From assembly GCA_013239625.1 (NCBI GenBank), contig MU053574.1, positions 309,844 through 373,843 on the forward strand: a DNA stretch of 64,000 bases, written 5' to 3'. Below are positions 63,506 through 64,000 of the stretch, in pieces. The notes beneath the pieces were generated by a model. That model did not search any database and was not told the DNA's origin. It worked only from the letters and a program-made list of their open reading frames with translations. Each line of letters starts with the position of its first letter. Position 1 is the first letter of the stretch. The DNA comes from Lama guanicoe (lineage: Eukaryota). The translations under genes and the position numbers were made by a program.

Positions 63506-64000
63506 CTAGTAACACAGGGCAGTCAGCAATGTTTCGTGGTGAGCACAGGGCTTCCAGATACAAAAGAGAAGTGGGACACTATGCAGTATCTTACACAAGA
63601 CCGGAGCCCTGCTCCTCCACTTAGGCCCATCGCGGAGTCTGGAAAGTAAAAAAGCTAGACCATCACGTTGTGTCACCTGGCCGAGTAAAAGCAAATAAAT
63701 TCATCCAGGTACCTCGTGAACTATCCCCACTAAAGGAAAAACTGTTCTGGAAACCCAAATCTTACTACTTGCCTTTAGTTGCTCCTGAAATAAGGACTTC
63801 AGAGTTCTGTCAGAAGACAAAGGACACTTAGCTACACTTCATGATGTTCTGACTTTCAGAGAGAAAAGCATAACCTCTTAGGCAAAATATCATGTGAAAT
63901 ACTAACTTCGTAGAACTACGGAAATGTCTACTCTTTAAGAAGGGTTTACAAAGTAAAAAGATCATCAGGATTGAAAAATAATAATTTCCCCTTCTGATGG

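Overview
Mammalian genomic DNA, very probably a camelid (alpaca/camel), judged from tRNA-Ala-derived Vic-1-type SINEs and camelid/cetartiodactyl-type L1 3' ends. It is the tail-to-tail AK8/GTF3C4 locus. Bases 1-38512 appear to be one large AK8 intron. The last two AK8 coding exons are on + (38513-38593, 39979-40216; AATAAA 40294). A ~13 kb repeat-rich intergenic gap follows, then the ~5.9 kb 3' UTR and last three coding exons of GTF3C4 (TFIIIC90) on - (59102-59166, 60573-60661, 63375-63505). Other ORF-track entries are chance ORFs or decayed L1 ORF2. I found no convincing new multi-gene system. The most notable observations are: (1) an L1 3' end fused to an inverted 5S rRNA fragment within one target-site duplication; (2) a tandem SINE pair with three copies of the target site, whose CpG-island-proximal copy shows one-directional AT->GC change; (3) a young 425-bp solo ERV LTR inside an MLT2; (4) a 70-bp local duplication 2.1 kb apart; (5) homeodomain-motif-dense candidate enhancers in the AK8 intron and an orphan CpG island. 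Repeat family names and gene identities come from recalled sequences, not database searches; old-repeat boundaries are approximate.
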